Shown here piece after piece: positions 33,971 through 46,851 of a stretch of DNA of 52,662 nucleotides. Below the pieces are notes generated by a model that saw only the letters and a program-made list of their open reading frames with translations, was not told where the DNA came from and ran no database searches. This DNA is from Perkinsus chesapeaki ATCC PRA-425 (Eukaryota > Protista > Perkinsozoa). The DNA is taken from positions 1 through 52,662 of the forward strand of contig JAAPAO010000207.1 in assembly GCA_013115145.1 (NCBI GenBank). The letters are read 5' to 3'. Positions within the stretch are counted from its first letter, which is position 1. Each line of letters opens with the position of its first letter. Both the position numbers and the translations under genes were made by a program.

Positions 33971-35617
33971 ATGGCCCGGTATGCTCCCTTCTCTATCAAT
34001 CTCAACAATAACCACTATCAACCCCCGAAGTATCTTCTCCCTATTCGTGGTATCTCGAGACGGTTCCTTACTTTACGACTATGATTCTGGCTCAGCTGAA
34101 AAGCCTTTGTCCGCGAACGACAAGATACGGTGGAGCAGCACATTTCACACTCTCTCAGCAATTGCGGCCAGTCTATCACCGGTAAGATGCACCCTTCGAG
34201 GCGTCCGTTGCACTTGCTTAATTAAGACCACCGTACTTTTGTCTACGCCTATTTGATGAATAGTAACTTCACTTTCGCTGGCCCCTTCAAATAGGCTTTG
34301 AAAAGGTGTCCGTTCTTCCAGTTATTTAAAATATGAATTTTGTTTTACACAGTGGAAAATGAAAAGTTTACGAACTGTACTGTTATGCATGGTGCTGCAA
34401 AAAAAGGGCCGGAAAATCGTATGGCGTAAAAACTCTTGAACGAGCGGCAAAATCTCAAAGGTAAAAGAACGTTATCCGTAACGCCGTATAAATTAATTTG
34501 AGATTTGAATTGGCTGGGCAAAGATATGACCACTTAGAAAAATAAGCTACCGTATTTGTATCGTCGCTAAACAAGGAGCGGCTTGAGCGATACTTCATAT
34601 CTTTATGTTATTTACTGAATACTGGCAAGCAAGGATCTGAGCATTGTTACGTACTTCATTTGCGTATAATATTGCTTATATTCATAGGCAAGTATAGACG
34701 CTCCTCTTGAGCGGAGAAGTCCGACCTGCCTTGGTTTTTTGAAGAAATCTGTCCGTTCTGATGGCAGGGACTGTTTTTTGCAGCACTATTTATATCCAAT
34801 TATAATTCTAGACAGCCGTAGACTTTCCTCTAGAGAGGCTCTACCCCTTGTACTGAACTTATCTTTTTCAGACTACTTCGACTTCCGGCCATGGCTCGGC
34901 AGGAAGCTCTAGATTGGAGTATCTAAACCCTCGAGGGATCAGAACGATACGGGGAGATGCGTACAGTGTGCACTGTATGACTGTCATTTCCGGTGAGGGA
35001 AGTTTGCGGGAAATTATACTATATTCTGCATCTCCGTTCATCGACTAATGTAGCTGTCTATCGGACTTGAGTTATCGTACACATCTCATCTAACAGTGTA
35101 GATGATTGATGAGACAGACCTCTCCAACCTAGCTGATATCAGTTCGACTATTTTGGAGCAACGTCCTCGATATCGACCGGTTCCATGATAGAACTAAAGT
35201 CGAAATGATAAAGATATAACTCACACAAAACCATTAAGAATTGTTATCCAACATTTCTGAGAATCATTCTTAATAATTGTACGTATTAAACTGAGCACGG
35301 TTAAGTCGAAGCCGGGTGCCCACCAGCGTAGCCGGTTCTATCGTTCATTTTTTAGGTACGAAAATCTTTGCGGTTTGCGCGCCAACGTTCCCGGAAAGTG
35401 TTGCACAGGAGATACTAGCTCAGATGTAACGGCTAAAAGATATTTTCGAGCTCAGATTGCTGTCCTCAGTTTCATTTTTTTCTGCGATTATGTTATGAAG
35501 AATCCTTTCTATGAGTTGGGGATGCCGGCGAGATGCAAGCAATTCGATCGACGAGTGCAACAACTCTTATCCGGGTGCGTGATCTGCTTTTCAGCAATCT
35601 CAGAATCACCGCTTTAG
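33971..35617 (+). CDS. TRAPPC4: TRAPP complex subunit, sybindin family (Trs23/TRAPPC4), multi-exon
   Basis: MAR|IFSLFVVSRDGSLLY...LSANDKIRWSSTFHTLSAIAASLSP, GTKIFAV, and C-terminal DYVMKNPFYELGMPARCKQFD. Confidence 0.8.
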
Positions 35618-37323
35618 GTACAAATAATTTACACTTTGTCGAGAAATATTTTCCCATTGATCCGAGTTGCGTCGAAAAAATATAAATTAATTCATTCATT
35701 CGGTGGCACAGTTTTTCGGGAAGAGTAGTGCAACTGTATTATGTGTCGCGATGGTGGCACGCAGGTGGGATTCTCCGGTCTGATAAAAATAAATCAATTT
35801 CATTGTATAATACTTATTTCCAAATAAATATGATATATAACATATTTATGATATTATAATTTTTATAATAACCTTTTTAAATAATAAAGCCCCTCGCGGA
35901 TGAGGACGAACCCGTCCCGCTATTGGTGGCATTCACGCCTACTATTGCTTTCCGGCTCCTTACCAGGCCCGTCTGGTTCGACCCCGCTCCTCCGCTTGGC
36001 TCTAGAGACGTATCTATATTCGCTTTGGTAACTCATCCCCGAGATGCTTGTAGCTAAACGCCCACCGTTACCGCTGGGAGTGCGGTCGATGTTTCTTGCT
36101 GATCCTGAAGAATGTGTATCACAGTTAGTCTCGATAACTGATGAACGACACGGGATTGTCTTGGACTCGCATAGGAACATCGGAGCCCAGGAGGGATGCG
36201 CTTTTGCTTTAGGAACATATTTCCTATTACCATCTGAATAGCAACTCGGCATTGGGAACATTTTTGACCCTCCAGGAGCACATTTCGGTGAGGCTAGATG
36301 ACATCCTGGGGATTTCGGTTGAACCACCACCACCTTCTCATCGATGCTGATGAGACTATATCTCTCTCGCTTTGTGCCAGATTGTCTCTGCCTACTGCTT
36401 GCACTCCATACTACAAGTTGGATGTGACGTTCCATTGGTCACGTCCGGGCAGACACTCCTTCCTACGGCATAATTGTATTAGACAGTAACTATTGGCTTG
36501 TACCATCATCGAATATGTTGTGTTGAGTTGATATTGTGATAATGCGTATGACCTAAGTCACCAAACTTCTTTATGATCAACGAAGATGATCTGATGATGA
36601 ACTTTCCCACGTATCCAGTTCCACCAGAGCATCACGATCGGGTATCAGGGATCACGTTTTCGCGAAATTTGGTGAAGTTACTACTGCATCAAATCAGCAG
36701 TCTGATATTATTTAAAATGTTCTTCACCTCCTCTCCTACCTTTGTGCGGCCGATGTTCCTGCCGTATTTCTCCAAGAAAACCGGGTAAGCTTCGTAACGT
36801 GCTTTTCACAACCCGCTCGCTCTGTGTAAATGGCTTTCGGTCGGACTGGTCGAATTCGTCTGTTCCTGGGACCTGCGGAGACCTGTAGCAACACAAGTTC
36901 CTGTCGCGGCCGTCCAGGCTGATGTCGGATTTGATGGTCGTTCTGAAAGCTCTGAAGATTTCATCTGTTATCCGAAGCAATTTCTGACACTCCATCACTT
37001 TTCTCAACAATGCTATGACGGAGCGTTGAGGAGGCGTATCGACTGCTAAGCTCAGAGAGCGGCAAACATGAAGTTTCGGAAAGTGCGAGTTTCCCAACTC
37101 GCTGCACGCTTGCCCAGACATCGACCGGTATGACGAACCAAAGAGCTCCAATTAACCGTCTGACTTGCTGAGCTGGAGCTAAGCGCTGTATTGCTCACTG
37201 GTTCATCATCATTCTCACCAGCCGGGTTCGGATAGACTTCTGTTGGCTCTTTTAAAATGGAGTCTGACTTTCTAATAATAGAGTGCTTCGCAACTCCGCG
37301 TGAGTTTCAGGCATATCTTCCCG

Positions 37324-38157
37324 ATGATAAGGTGGTCTTTCGACGTTGAAAAATGAGTTTCTGTAGAATTTCCTGGCGCGTGACGGATCTTATACATCCT
37401 CAGAGCGCCTCGCCTGCGACTCCAACTGATGGGAAAGAAAGGTCGAAGATTCTACAGAATGGTGGCATGCAACCAGAAAGATCCTCGGAACGGCAAACAC
37501 ATGGAGGTGGGGGTATCTTCGCACCGCAAAGAAAATCGCGTTGCTCTTTATTACAGAGCGATCGCATATTTGTATTATTAATATATTTCGCCGATCAAGA
37601 AGATTCTTTCTGGAATTTCCCCACATTTGCGCACCTCACGATTGCCGCCTTGCTTGGCTTAATAATGAACCCCATCGAGTCCGGGTTTTCCCTGCTGCTG
37701 GTTTTGCAAGAACCTACCGGAAATTTTGTACGGAACCTCTTAAAACTGAGTGGTGCCAAATTTTACCATTTTCTTCCGTTCGTTTGCATGTCCCTTGTTT
37801 GCTTCGACTGCAGTTGCTGATCAGGTTCTGGGAAGTTTCGCTCCCAAAGTGAAGTCCGGTGTGAAGGAGATTCGTCTGCGTTTTTCCCGATCGAAATTTT
37901 GGCTTGGCGTCGGAGCTACGATGAGTCCTCAAGTTGAGTAAGCATACGAAGCTGCGGGAAATTTTTATGGCTCCAAAATTTTCCTCGATGAAACCGTTTT
38001 TTTGTCAGGCACATCCTTGCCCTGTCGAATTTGATACCGCCTCCTCCGCCCGCGTACGGGAGACGGACCAAAGGTAACGGCGATGAGAGAGTCGTAATTG
38101 AATCTAGACAAGGAGGTCATCTCGTGTTCATCGGGAATCGTAGAAAAGTGCTCCTAG
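37324..38157 (+). CDS. MRPS16: Mitochondrial-type ribosomal protein S16, multi-exon (ends uncertain)
   Basis: Spliced APRLRLQLMGKKGRRFYRMVACNQKDPRNGKHME|VLGSFAPKVKSGVKEIRLRFSRSKFWLGVGATMSPQVE|HILALSNLIPPPPP matches the S16 pattern. Confidence 0.82.
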
Positions 38158-41100
38158 CGCGGAGATATAATTGCAATTTGTTACTAGATTGAAAAGAACC
38201 ATCAGAACTGGTTGACAGAGGGAGACAATGTGCTTCTCTGTGGGCCAACTCTACCGGAGTTAGGTCAAACTTCCTCCGTTCTACTCGACAAAACATTCGC
38301 GCGGGAAGCGCAAAGGATTCTACCCTTCCACGGGGAGGGTTCCGAGCTCCATCTCCGCACTCATTCCTGCACGGCCCCGGACTCGCTCATGACTGTGCCC
38401 ACATCTATCACCGTTCAAGTCTGTCTTATATAGAGTACGTCGTATCAACTTTGTAAGTTCGTGCGGCATACTCCGACCGAGGCATTTTCGGCGCGGATCT
38501 TGGCCCATGTTTACCACACCCGAAGGATGTCGCAGTGTGAACTACCGCATGAAATCACTCGCCCTCGTTCGGCGAGTTCTCCGTCTCTCGGAAATGCGCC
38601 GATTCATCGATTATGTCCAAATATGTCGCCGTTCATTACAGTTGTGGCGAGCACTCGCTCGTCGATTTTTTAGATTATGTCATGACAATAACATTCGTTT
38701 GCTCCGCATCATATCTATATAGATATGATCGAAATAATTGGACATGTTGAAGGAAAGCAGCTTTTTCTCTTCTACCAAAAAACTTCGAATGCGGCCACTC
38801 TCCAAAAACAATTTGGAAAATCTCCTCGAACAATTTACCGTCGGACTCAATAGGAGATATAATTTATGTCACTTTGTGTTCTCCGTACTCCAGGCCACTA
38901 CGAGTTGCTTAGCCAAGTTCTGGAGGAGCGGCAAAAAGCTCATCAGGCAGCCATTGAGGTAGGACGACCTCTCAGTTTCGCTGGCTCCTCTCGAGGGCTC
39001 CCGACCGCCTGGTGGGATATTGCCGATCTCTTCAGGTATTCAACAAGTTGGGACGACAACAGAAAGTTGTATTTACTTAGCAGCCACATGAGTCCATTGC
39101 GCACGTTTCCGAGCGAGCATTTTGCCTCTGAGTTGTAACCTTGTTTCGTGACTGAGTGAATCTTCTCCGTGAACATCCGCTGGGTTCGTGGTCAACGATT
39201 AACTCCTTCGAACGTGGATGCGGTCGCCTACGCAAGTTGGCGAGGAAGCAATATTGGTCTATCTTTTTGCCTTTCGAAACTCAACGGAGGGAAGGCTGCG
39301 GATGTCTAATCGGTTCTGTGATGGCATCGCACGAGTCAGCTCTTTTCGACACGGGATTACCTTTGATATATGATTCAGCGATTATAGATATACTGCCTGA
39401 CAAAAACACTCTCTTGCGAAATCTTAATTCTTGTTGTGGAAATAATCCCCGAGTGACGAAGTTCGGCATGACCTACTTTCCATCATGGAAAATAATATTT
39501 CATAAATCGATCAACCGTTTCATGTACGGCCTCCAGGATGTCGGAGCGTGGAAAAACTTGCCCGTCGACAGCAATATTTTCTACTCTTTATCGACGTAAC
39601 ATACGACGTATGGTGCGTTATTTGGCACATTTTCATCTTCAAGTGTCAACAGAATCTTCAATTACATTTCGGCAGATGTTCGCATTTGTGATCTCACTCG
39701 TCAGCATTCGCTCTGTTGAGGCCGTCAGCGCTCAATGCCTTTCCGCTTGGACCGCAATGGTAGGGTAACTGCCCCGCACGAGTAGACTCTTTTCCAGACC
39801 AAATCGTACGAGTTTGATTTCTGGTACCAACGTGAAAGACAACTCTGTTATACGAAGTTGCAGAACTCAGTCGCCAGTTGTTGTGGTGAGGTGAGGATGC
39901 TGTGCGATAAGAGACCATCGCATATTTTCCGATTTAAAGCTTGGATGGAAGCTTCCTCTGTCAAACGCTTGACTCGAAGCTTTCTCTCTCAAACTGTCCC
40001 ACATACCGGACTGAACTCGGCCGGTTGCGAAGAACCTGAGCGCTAAGAGTTGCAAATTCGCTCCTCGCGGCGACGTCAAGGGGATTGTAGGGAAATATCA
40101 GATTTAATATTATACTGTTTCTGCGACCGAACTGTATAATTGCCGACATGTATGGTGGGTTTTATGCGCATATTCATAGACACAGCGCAGCGCACATGAA
40201 GATATGCGTTTGAAAGTCCCCTCGTCAAGCGCAGACCGAAGATAGCTACAGTTCTATAACACGTAGCGGTCACGAGAGGCGCGAGAGCCCTTCGCTTCGG
40301 CTATCGCTGGTAGAAACGAATATAAAAACCTTTTGGGAAGCAACGGTCCATGGCCACCAACTGTTCTAGGAAAAGGTGCCCAACTCGATACTTTTTAGAC
40401 TTCCTACCCAGGTTGTCATCTAGCCTCACGGGAAGGCATTTCTGAGAAACTTGTCCCTAATGAAAGCGAATATGTTCCCAGTGTGGAGGAAACAACAGAC
40501 GAATTTCACCTGGGAAGATCTAGGGTGTCCTTGTGACCTGCGAAATCGGAAGGCCCTTCCGTCTCTCCCAGGTGGACTATAGCGATCATCGTTTCGAGGA
40601 CTGCGATTCGAGCTGCAAGATTGACTGCCGATATGGTGGTCGCTGGGACCAAGCCTGTTCCAAAAATTTCGGTGAGGCGTTTCTGTCTTAGAAATTGACG
40701 ATTTTTGTAGGTCGGATGTGCTCGCTTACGTCTGTGCCGTCGGTGTACAATCCTATTGAGATCGTTTCGAGCATGTGCCTGCCGAAAGAGTGTGACAACA
40801 GTGGTGATCGGTCGAGAATTATCAGAGACGTTATGCATGGTGACATGCGAAGATATCAAAGTGTGAGTGCTTTCCCATTCGGTGTGGGATAATGTGGTAT
40901 CTTAGCTCCACGCATACATCTGGCCTTGTGAGAATGTGTTATTCGAGGCCAGAAAAGTGTTACTTGGGCAGTGCTACGATGGAAGGCGTTTCAGGGAATA
41001 TGCTCCCATCGCGAGGAATGACTTCTCGGTCGTTGTCTCATTGCCGTTATCAAAGTTGACAGCTCGTCGCTCATCGGTCTTCTGTAACCGTTTTTATACT

Positions 41101-41881
41101 TGGATAGCGTTCTGCTGCACCTTTTTGAACTGTCAAATCTGATGCTAACTTCTCTCTATCGCTCTTCAGGTCACTTGCCCCTCCGATACTCTCAGTAAAG
41201 TCTTCACAGCTTTGCTGATAATAATTTCGACAGCTCTAGTCGGTCTAGCAACCTAGTAAGAATCCTTTCTCGATGCTAGTTACCGTATCTTTCCAGTTTG
41301 GTACTAGTACCACCAACGAGAACCGCTGCCCTGCTGGCATCGGCAAGCTCCCTGAAGGGCAGCACGAGAAAGACCCTCAACAGGCTTTTCGGCAGCGTGA
41401 GAAAATAAGTAAAGAACATGTGCAGCGATTGTTGATCAACAGAAGATGTGTTTTGTGTTTCACTGGAAGTTCGGGCGAGAAAGAGATAAAAAATGCTCTC
41501 TGCCAAACGAAACACTAACACGTCTCGAGTCAGAACTTTGAGCAAGATATGGGCAATTATAAGAAGGCGGTTTACTGCCAACGAGTTGCGTCCGTGATGC
41601 CAATAAAACTTGTGTGATACGCTCTCTCTTTTGAACGTCGAAGGGAACCTTACGGCACCGTGTGATCCCTCCGAGGGATGGCAGGACAACTCAGAGTAAA
41701 GTGCGTTTGGCACGCCGTGAAGGCTGATGTTTTGATCGATTGACAAACTGAAACCCAATACTGATATATAAAAGATGATTCAGCTATCTCTGGCTGCCAA
41801 AGGTTACAGTCTTAAACGAGCTGCGATAAAAACTTCTCTCAAAACTACTAGTAAATAGTTAAGAGTTGAGAAGGGAAAATT

Positions 41882-42829
41882 TTACTTGAAGAAACAAGCG
41901 CATCTCGTCGTCGTCCCTGTCGCGTGGCCACCAACACATTTACCGAATACGCGGCTGTTGGGGTACCTCTCGCAGACACTTCCCTCATACAAAGAAGCGC
42001 AGAACATATCACCTCCACCACATTCGACATGAGGTTTAGTTGGCTCAGCAGTAGTAGGTACTGGAGTCGTAGTGTTGTAAGGACTCGGAGTGGTTGTTAC
42101 CGGCTCGGTCGGGCAGGGGGTTGTTGTAGGGCAAGGCGGTTGAGTGGGACAAGGTGTAGTCGTGGGACACGGTGGGTAAGTGCTTGAAGTGGTAGTCGTA
42201 GTTGTATTGGTAGTTGCCGTTGTAGTCGTAGGACAAGGCGGTTCAGTAGTTGTGGTGGTTTTAGGCTGAGGTGGGCAAGGTGTAGTTGTAGGGCACGGTG
42301 GGTAAGTGCTTGAAGTGGTAGTCGTGGTAGTTGTGGTAGTTGTGGTAGTCGTGGTAGTCGTGGTAGTTGTGGTAGTCGTGGTAGTCGTGGTAGTCGTGGT
42401 AGTTGTGGTAGTCGTCGTTTTCGTTGTTGTGGTAGTTTTAGGCTGAGTTGGACAAGGTGTAGTTGTGGGGCACGGCGGGTTAGTGCTCGAAGGGGTAGTC
42501 GTAGTTGTGGTCGTGGTTGCCTTTGTAGTAGTTGTAGTCGTAGGGCAAGGTGGTTGAGTTGTAGTCGTCGTGGTCTGGGGCTCGCAACTCGGAGTGGTTG
42601 TCGTCGGCCCGGCGCAATCACATCGGATGACTCTGGTATCCTTAGAATCCAGAAGTTTGCAAACTCGTCCCGCGGGGTCAAACTGGTAGCCCTTGCAGTA
42701 GGAACCGTAACCTATTTTCTCCACACAGAGCGCATCGCCGCAGAGGGGCTCGTTGGGAATGACACCAGCGGTAACAAAAGTGTTGGACACAGCAACAAAA
42801 GCGGTAACAGCGACGGCCTTATAGAGCAT
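41882..42829 (-). CDS. Secreted Thr/Pro-rich mucin-like protein with terminal 6-Cys domains, copy A (315 aa)
   Basis: Signal peptide MLYKAVAVTAFVAV, repeats TTTTSSTYPPCPTTTPCP, Cys-rich N- and C-termini. Confidence 0.9.
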   Translation of the reverse strand: MLYKAVAVTAFVAVSNTFVTAGVIPNEPLCGDALCVEKIGYGSYCKGYQFDPAGRVCKLLDSKDTRVIRCDCAGPTTTTPSCEPQTTTTTTQPPCPTTTTTTKATTTTTTTTPSSTNPPCPTTTPCPTQPKTTTTTKTTTTTTTTTTTTTTTTTTTTTTTTTTTTTTTTTTTSSTYPPCPTTTPCPPQPKTTTTTEPPCPTTTTATTNTTTTTTSSTYPPCPTTTPCPTQPPCPTTTPCPTEPVTTTPSPYNTTTPVPTTAEPTKPHVECGGGDMFCASLYEGSVCERYPNSRVFGKCVGGHATGTTTRCACFFK

Positions 42830-43969
42830 TGGGACGACTCTACTAGTAGAAGAGATAAAACGAGACGCTTGGGAGGGGGGGGGTGAGGGCGAATGAGACG
42901 CGACGCGAACTTGGGAGTTCTGCAAGGAGACGTTATGCAAGGCGACATACGAACATATCAAAGTATAAGTGTTTTCCCACTCTGTGTGGGATAATTTGGT
43001 ATCTTAGCTCTACGCATACATATAGCTCCTTGAGAATGTGTTGTTCGAGGCCAGAAAAGTGTTACTTGGGCGGTGCTGTGATGGGAGGCGTTTCAGGGAA
43101 TATGTCCCTTCGGTATTTTTCTGGTTGCCGCTCCTACAGGCTGACGCTTATCGGTGACTGTTTTCTATACAAACTTCGATATCGTCCTGCTGCACCTCTT
43201 TGAAGAGGCAAGTCGCATGTTAACTTTCTTTCATCACTGCTCAGGTCATTCGCCCCTCCGATACTCTCAGAAAGGTCTTCACAGTTCTGCTGATAATAAT
43301 TTCGACAGCTCTAGTCGGTCTAGCGACCAAGTAAGAATCCTTTCTCGATGCTAGTTACCGTATCTTTCCAGTTTGGTACTAGTACCACCAACGAGGACCA
43401 CTGCCCTGCTGGCATCGACAAGCTCCCTGAAGGGCAGCACGAGAAAGACCATCAACAGGCTTTTCGGCAGCGTGAGAAAATAAGTAAAAAACATGTGCAG
43501 CGATTGTTGATCAACAGAAGATGTGTTTTGTGTTTTATTGGGAGTTCTGGCGGGAACGAAAAGATATTGGGCAAGCAAACACGAGCAAGTCCCAAAGCAG
43601 AACTTTCGGCAAGATTCGGCGCAATTCTGGTCCAGTACTCCTGGAGGAGTCCTTTTACTGCTAATGGGTTGTGTCCGTAATGACAATAATACTTCTCGAC
43701 TTGTGGTCCCTCTGGAACGTCGAAGGCAACCGTATGATCACTTCAATGGATGCTAGGGCAAATCAGCCTTGGCACGACACGAGCGTTTGGCATGCCGCGA
43801 GGGCTAATGCTAATGCTGTGGTCTTTTGACAAACTGAAACTCAATACTAATGATATGAAGGATGATTGAGCTACCTCTGGCTGTTAAAGATTACAGTCTT
43901 GAAGAAGCTGCGGTAAAAACTTCTCTCAAAACTACTAGTAGATCGTTAAGAGTTGAGAAGGTGAAAATC

Positions 43970-45289
43970 TTAATTCCAGAAACAAGCGCATCTCGTTGTC
44001 TTCCCTGTCGCGTGGCCACCAACACATTTACCGAATACGTGGCTGTTGGGGTACCTCTCGCAGACACTTCCCTCATACAAAGAAGCGCAGAACATATCAC
44101 CTCCACCACATTCGACATGAGGTTTAGTTGGCTCAGCAGTAGTAGGTACTGGAGTCGTAGTGTTGTAAGGACTCGCAGTGGTTGTTACCGGCTCGGTCGG
44201 GCAGGGGGTAGTTGTAGGGCACGGCGGTTGAGTGGGACAAGGTGTAGTCGTAGGGCACGGTGGGTAAGTGCTTGAAGTGGTAGTCGTGGTAGTCGTAGTT
44301 GTGGTAGTCGTAGTTGTCGTAGCTGTGGTAGTTGTCGTTTTCGTAGTTGTGGTGGTTTTAGGCTGAGGTGGGCAAGGTGTAGTTGTAGGGCACGGTGGGT
44401 AAGTGCTTGAAGTGGTAGTTGTCGTAGTTGTGGTAGTTGTCGTTTTCGTAGTTGTGGTGGTTTTAGGCTGAGGTGGGCAAGGTGTAGTTGTAGGGCACGG
44501 TGGGTAAGTGCTTGAAGTGGTAGTTGTGGTAGTCGTAGTTGTGGTAGTTGTCGTAGTTGTGGTAGTTGTCGTTTTCGTAGTTGTGGTGGTTTTTGGCTGA
44601 GGTGGGCAAGGTGTAGTTGTAGGGCACGGTGGGTAAGTGCTTGAAGTGGTAGTTGTGGTAGTCGTACTTGTGGTAGTTTTGGTAGTCGTAGTTGTCGTAG
44701 TTGTCGTAGTTGTGGTAGTTGTCGTTTTCGTAGTTGTGGTGGTTTTAGGCTGAGTTGGACAAGGTGTAGTTGTGGGGCACGGCGGGTTTGTGCTTGAAGG
44801 GGTAGTCGTAGTTGTGGTCGTGGTTGCCTTTTTAGTTGTAGTCGTAGGGCAAGGTGGTTGAGTTGTCGTAGTAGTCTTCGGCATTGTCGGGCACGGCGTT
44901 GTCGTAGGGCGAGGAGGTTGAGTCGTCGTAGTAGTCTTCGGCATTGTCGGGCACGGCGTTGTCGTAGGGCAAGGTGGTTGAGTTGTAGTCGTAGTGGTCT
45001 GGGGCTCGCAACTCGGAGTTGTAGTCGTAGCGGTCTGGGGCTCGCAACTCGGAGTGGTTGTCGTCGGCCCGGCGCAATCACATCGAATGACTCTGGTATC
45101 CTTAGGATCCAGAAGTTTGCAAACTCGTCCCGCGGGGTCAGGCTGATAGGACTTGCAGTAGGAACCGTAACCTATTTTCTCCACACAGAGCGCATCGCCG
45201 CAGAGGGGCTCGCTGGCAACAACACCAGCGGTAACAAAAGTGTTGCACACAGCAACGAAAGCGGTAATAGCGACGGCCTTATAGAGCAT
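43970..45289 (-). CDS. Secreted Thr/Pro-rich mucin-like protein, copy B (439 aa)
   Basis: Paralogue of copy A with more internal repeat units. Confidence 0.9.
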   Translation of the reverse strand: MLYKAVAITAFVAVCNTFVTAGVVASEPLCGDALCVEKIGYGSYCKSYQPDPAGRVCKLLDPKDTRVIRCDCAGPTTTTPSCEPQTATTTTPSCEPQTTTTTTQPPCPTTTPCPTMPKTTTTTQPPRPTTTPCPTMPKTTTTTQPPCPTTTTKKATTTTTTTTPSSTNPPCPTTTPCPTQPKTTTTTKTTTTTTTTTTTTTTTKTTTSTTTTTTTSSTYPPCPTTTPCPPQPKTTTTTKTTTTTTTTTTTTTTTTTTTSSTYPPCPTTTPCPPQPKTTTTTKTTTTTTTTTTTSSTYPPCPTTTPCPPQPKTTTTTKTTTTTATTTTTTTTTTTTTTTSSTYPPCPTTTPCPTQPPCPTTTPCPTEPVTTTASPYNTTTPVPTTAEPTKPHVECGGGDMFCASLYEGSVCERYPNSHVFGKCVGGHATGKTTRCACFWN

Positions 45290-46851
45290 TGGGACGACTC
45301 TACTAGTAGAAGAGATAAAACAAGCCGCCTGGGGGGTGAGGGCGACTGAGACGCGACGCGAACTTGGGGGTGACGCGGGCGAGCTCCGCCATCATCCCAA
45401 TTGCGTTGAGGGGAAACACGCCGAAGCGATATAGGTAATGACCGTATGCTCACCTTCTGAGAGTTCGTACCGCTTATAATTGAAAACCCTTAGAGACCAA
45501 GACGAGTTTCGGTGACTTTTACCGCTTATCACAGCATTCGCGATCGATTAATCGCGCGGCCCCCTTAGAATTCTAGCGCAATTTAGCGCCACGCCGCTGT
45601 GCGCTATAAGCGCAGCCGTAAGAACCGCCTCAAGCAGCTAGTACAGTGCTTACAATGAACAATAGCCTCGATTATACAACAAGCTCAGTCTTCGAACCTG
45701 GAATTTTCGATACGGGGTTCTGGTAACGGGGATCTCCCTGAACTCCAAACCTAGTTTGATGGAGCCAAACTGCTCCGTTAGCGGCAGCGGACTGTGAGGC
45801 TTGCGGAATGAAGGTTAGGGCATCAAAAAGTCTTGCTGACTCCGAGGAGTGGAGCCTTATCTAGTGTATCAGTGCTCCAAAACTCAATAGTTAGATTAAT
45901 GTCGATGACCTTCTTGTGGCGTCGCACCTCAAGAACCACTGCGCCGTGTAGTTGCACAGGGGCTCTCGGTTTGAGTGAATCCTGCTAGGTTGAGGAGTGG
46001 TATCTCGCGACACTAATTATATTCCTTTGTGGTAAAGCTGATTGCCATATGGTGGCAATCACAGTATAGGTATTAATTTAATACTGTTAAACCCTCTCGG
46101 GAGCCGCGGGAGTTCCTCGGAAACCTAACACTGGCCAAAGTAAGCACTACTGGGGGGCCCCCACTGGGGGTTGTTGTTGCGAAGCCTTGCTTTATCGGAC
46201 TGGTGGCATCGATCCGGCGCTCTTGGCAACTTAACGGACAACCTTAACTACACGAGGATCGTAGTCAGGAATTCATCTGGCATCGCGGAATGTGTTACTC
46301 TGGCATCGAGAATGGCTTATAGGGCGGAGTACAATTGATAGAGAGTACTTCTTTAGAGCAAAACGACACACCAAATATAATCCTTCTGGTAACATCTGAT
46401 GGACTAGTCGACAAGTAAGTTGAACCAATCGTGGAGAGTCTGATATACCAGTTCTATGTTACGCTAGAAATGTCATTTAGGATAGTATTCGCCTGCTCAA
46501 TCGATTTAGACAGAGTGCAATGGCACATCGCAGTGCCCTCATTCAGTCTCGCCATCGGAGAGGCGTGCTTGCAGCCTGCGAAACTAGTCTCGTGCGATAT
46601 CCCAACCTGGGCGCCTCCAAGGTGAGCCTCACCCTCTGCAAGGTGCGAATCGCAACCTCACCCGGTGAGGTATATGGCTTCGTTGGGTTGTTCAGAACTT
46701 GCTCTTCGTAATTATTGAACGCTGCTTGTATCCCACGCGCAGGTGATCCGAATTATCGCTGCGTAACGATTTCATTTCTACTAAAACAAAACAGATAGAG
46801 GTAAAAGCACGTATGAACATTGAGCATGAGTCATTGCAGTTAAAAGATATT

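Larger units (their letters stand above)
40824..45367. repeat. Tandem segmental duplication (~2.1 kb and ~2.4 kb units), each unit carrying a mucin gene
   Basis: Intergenic sequence 40824-41880 aligns by eye with 42927-43965, and the gene 5' flanks also match (42830-42916 vs 45290-45367). Confidence 0.9.

Noticed and set aside
35975-35984. GGTTCGACCC B-box-like match
   Set aside because: Isolated 10-mer without convincing flanking tRNA features. About one chance hit is expected in a window this size.
37324-38157. Nuclear location of a mitochondrial S16 as a novelty
   Set aside because: Expected. Mitoribosomal proteins are nucleus-encoded in lineages with highly reduced mitochondrial genomes.
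38200-40900. Several short ORFs as named genes
   Set aside because: Some exon-like pieces exist, but no recognisable motif or consistent gene model.
42097-45349. Long alternative-frame and antisense ORFs over the mucin genes
   Set aside because: They are shadows of low-complexity ACN codon repeats.
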